Below the pieces are notes generated by a model that worked only from the letters and a program-made list of their open reading frames with translations, had not been told where the DNA came from and did no database searches. Below, piece after piece: positions 63,342 to 64,000 of a stretch of DNA of 64,000 bases. Position 1 is the first letter of the stretch, and each line of letters begins with the position of its first letter. Source of the DNA: Patescibacteria group bacterium (GTDB taxonomy: Bacteria > Patescibacteriota > JACPGU01); the NCBI GenBank assembly GCA_041675145.1, contig JBAYUK010000002.1:88530-152529 (forward strand), read 5' to 3'. The position numbers and the translations under genes are program-made.

Positions 63342-64000
63342 ATGAAGATATCTCATGGAAGTGTTGGGTACAAAGTATCACTACTTATTATCACTGGGGT
63401 GGTAGGTATTTTAGTGGTTGGGCAAGTTCGTGCGATAGCTGACGAGTATCCAAAGAAGAATAAGGATGAGGCAATCAAACTGTCGTACGAAGTAATAGAC
63501 CTTTCTCGTTCTAATGATGAATTACGAGATGAGTTGTACCGACTTAAGATTAAAGATAATAAGTTGTCTTTTGAGCAGCAGGACAAAACAAAAGCAAGAC
63601 AAAATGCACAAGAACGGCTACTAGAATATAAGAAAAATACAGGAGTAGACCAAGTGGCAGGACCAGGAGTTGAAGTCGTTGTGAAAGGAGGACTTTTAAC
63701 TGAGGAGATGGTTGACCTTATAAATGGAATTCGAAACATTAAACCAACTGCAATAGGTATTAACGGTCGAAGGGTGATATATAAGTCATATGTAATTGTG
63801 GATCAAGATCAGCTTGAGTTTGATAACAAGAAATACTCTTTTCCTGTTACTATTCAGGTCATAGGAAATGTAGAGGATATAAAGAAGTCACTTGAGAGAA
63901 GTGGAGGATTACTTGATATCCTAAAGAAGAACTCATTTGGGAAGGCGGACTTCAGCCTAGCAACAAAAGATTCAATTATTCTTCCTCCAACAGATCAAAA
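63342..64000 (+). CDS. Second DUF881-family protein, 3'-partial (runs off the window).
   Basis: Hand-translated from ATG 63342: MKISHGSVGYKVSLLIITGVVGILVVGQVRAIADEY…VAGPGVEVVVKGG…EEMVDLINGIRNIKPTAIGINGRRV…. It has the same TM-plus-DUF881 blocks as the preceding gene and is open to the window end. It supersedes the antisense ORF-track call 63353..63739. Confidence 0.6.
   Translation, partial: MKISHGSVGYKVSLLIITGVVGILVVGQVRAIADEYPKKNKDEAIKLSYEVIDLSRSNDELRDELYRLKIKDNKLSFEQQDKTKARQNAQERLLEYKKNTGVDQVAGPGVEVVVKGGLLTEEMVDLINGIRNIKPTAIGINGRRVIYKSYVIVDQDQLEFDNKKYSFPVTIQVIGNVEDIKKSLERSGGLLDILKKNSFGKADFSLATKDSIILPPTDQ

Noticed and set aside
63353-63739. 128-aa minus-strand ORF from the ORF track.
   Set aside because: The plus strand at 63342 onward encodes a clear DUF881 paralogue with a TM helix and conserved blocks, so the minus-strand ORF is an antisense artefact.

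Overview
This 64 kb window looks like a compact, gene-dense bacterial chromosome segment using the standard genetic code. There are no in-frame stops inside the long conserved genes, so no recoding is evident. The gene content is consistent with a Candidate Phyla Radiation / Patescibacteria genome, possibly Saccharibacteria-like; that taxonomic guess is inference only. Supporting that guess are a Gram-positive-style envelope toolkit (FemAB, a MurE-like ligase, SpoIID, a DivIC-like protein, RNase Y and RNase J), T4SS genes, small proteins and short intergenic regions.

Well-supported housekeeping genes are polA, holA, tsaD, valS, rpsO-pnp, RNase J, ppa, ftsK, yajQ, recA-recX, pyk, ahpC-type peroxiredoxin, dnaG-rpoD, uppP, truB, ybeY, yqeY, rpsU, rny and hup. 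I also read six tRNAs directly from the sequence: initiator Met, Met/Ile2(CAT), Ile(UAU), Ser(GGA), Asn(GUU) and Arg(CCU).

Four accessory regions stand out:
1. Coordinates 1-6.8 kb hold a type-IV-secretion-like module: a 5'-truncated VirB6/TrbL-like polytopic protein with a long Lys/Glu-rich tail, two small proteins, a VirB4 ATPase and a membrane protein.
2. Coordinates 17.7-22 kb form a tRNA-flanked block with a Phd/Doc-type toxin-antitoxin pair whose Doc catalytic motif is degenerate, a secreted lysozyme-like transglycosylase and a SpoIID-domain protein.
3. Coordinates 34.6-43.3 kb form a secreted/cell-surface protein island starting right after tRNA-Ser. It contains two proteins sharing a paralogous C-terminal domain, one of them a 1248-aa beta-propeller-repeat giant. 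It also contains a LysM membrane protein, a dockerin-bearing secreted protein and two paralogous membrane-anchored cohesin-like proteins, which together suggest a cohesin-dockerin surface assembly system.
4. Coordinates 48.8-57.6 kb hold a glycan biosynthesis cluster with a Wzx flippase, three GT4 glycosyltransferases and three Wzy/WaaL-like polytopic proteins.

An unusual fusion of a QueE-like radical-SAM domain to a class I SAM methyltransferase (16164-17735) is also notable. I found no CRISPR arrays, transposases or integrases.
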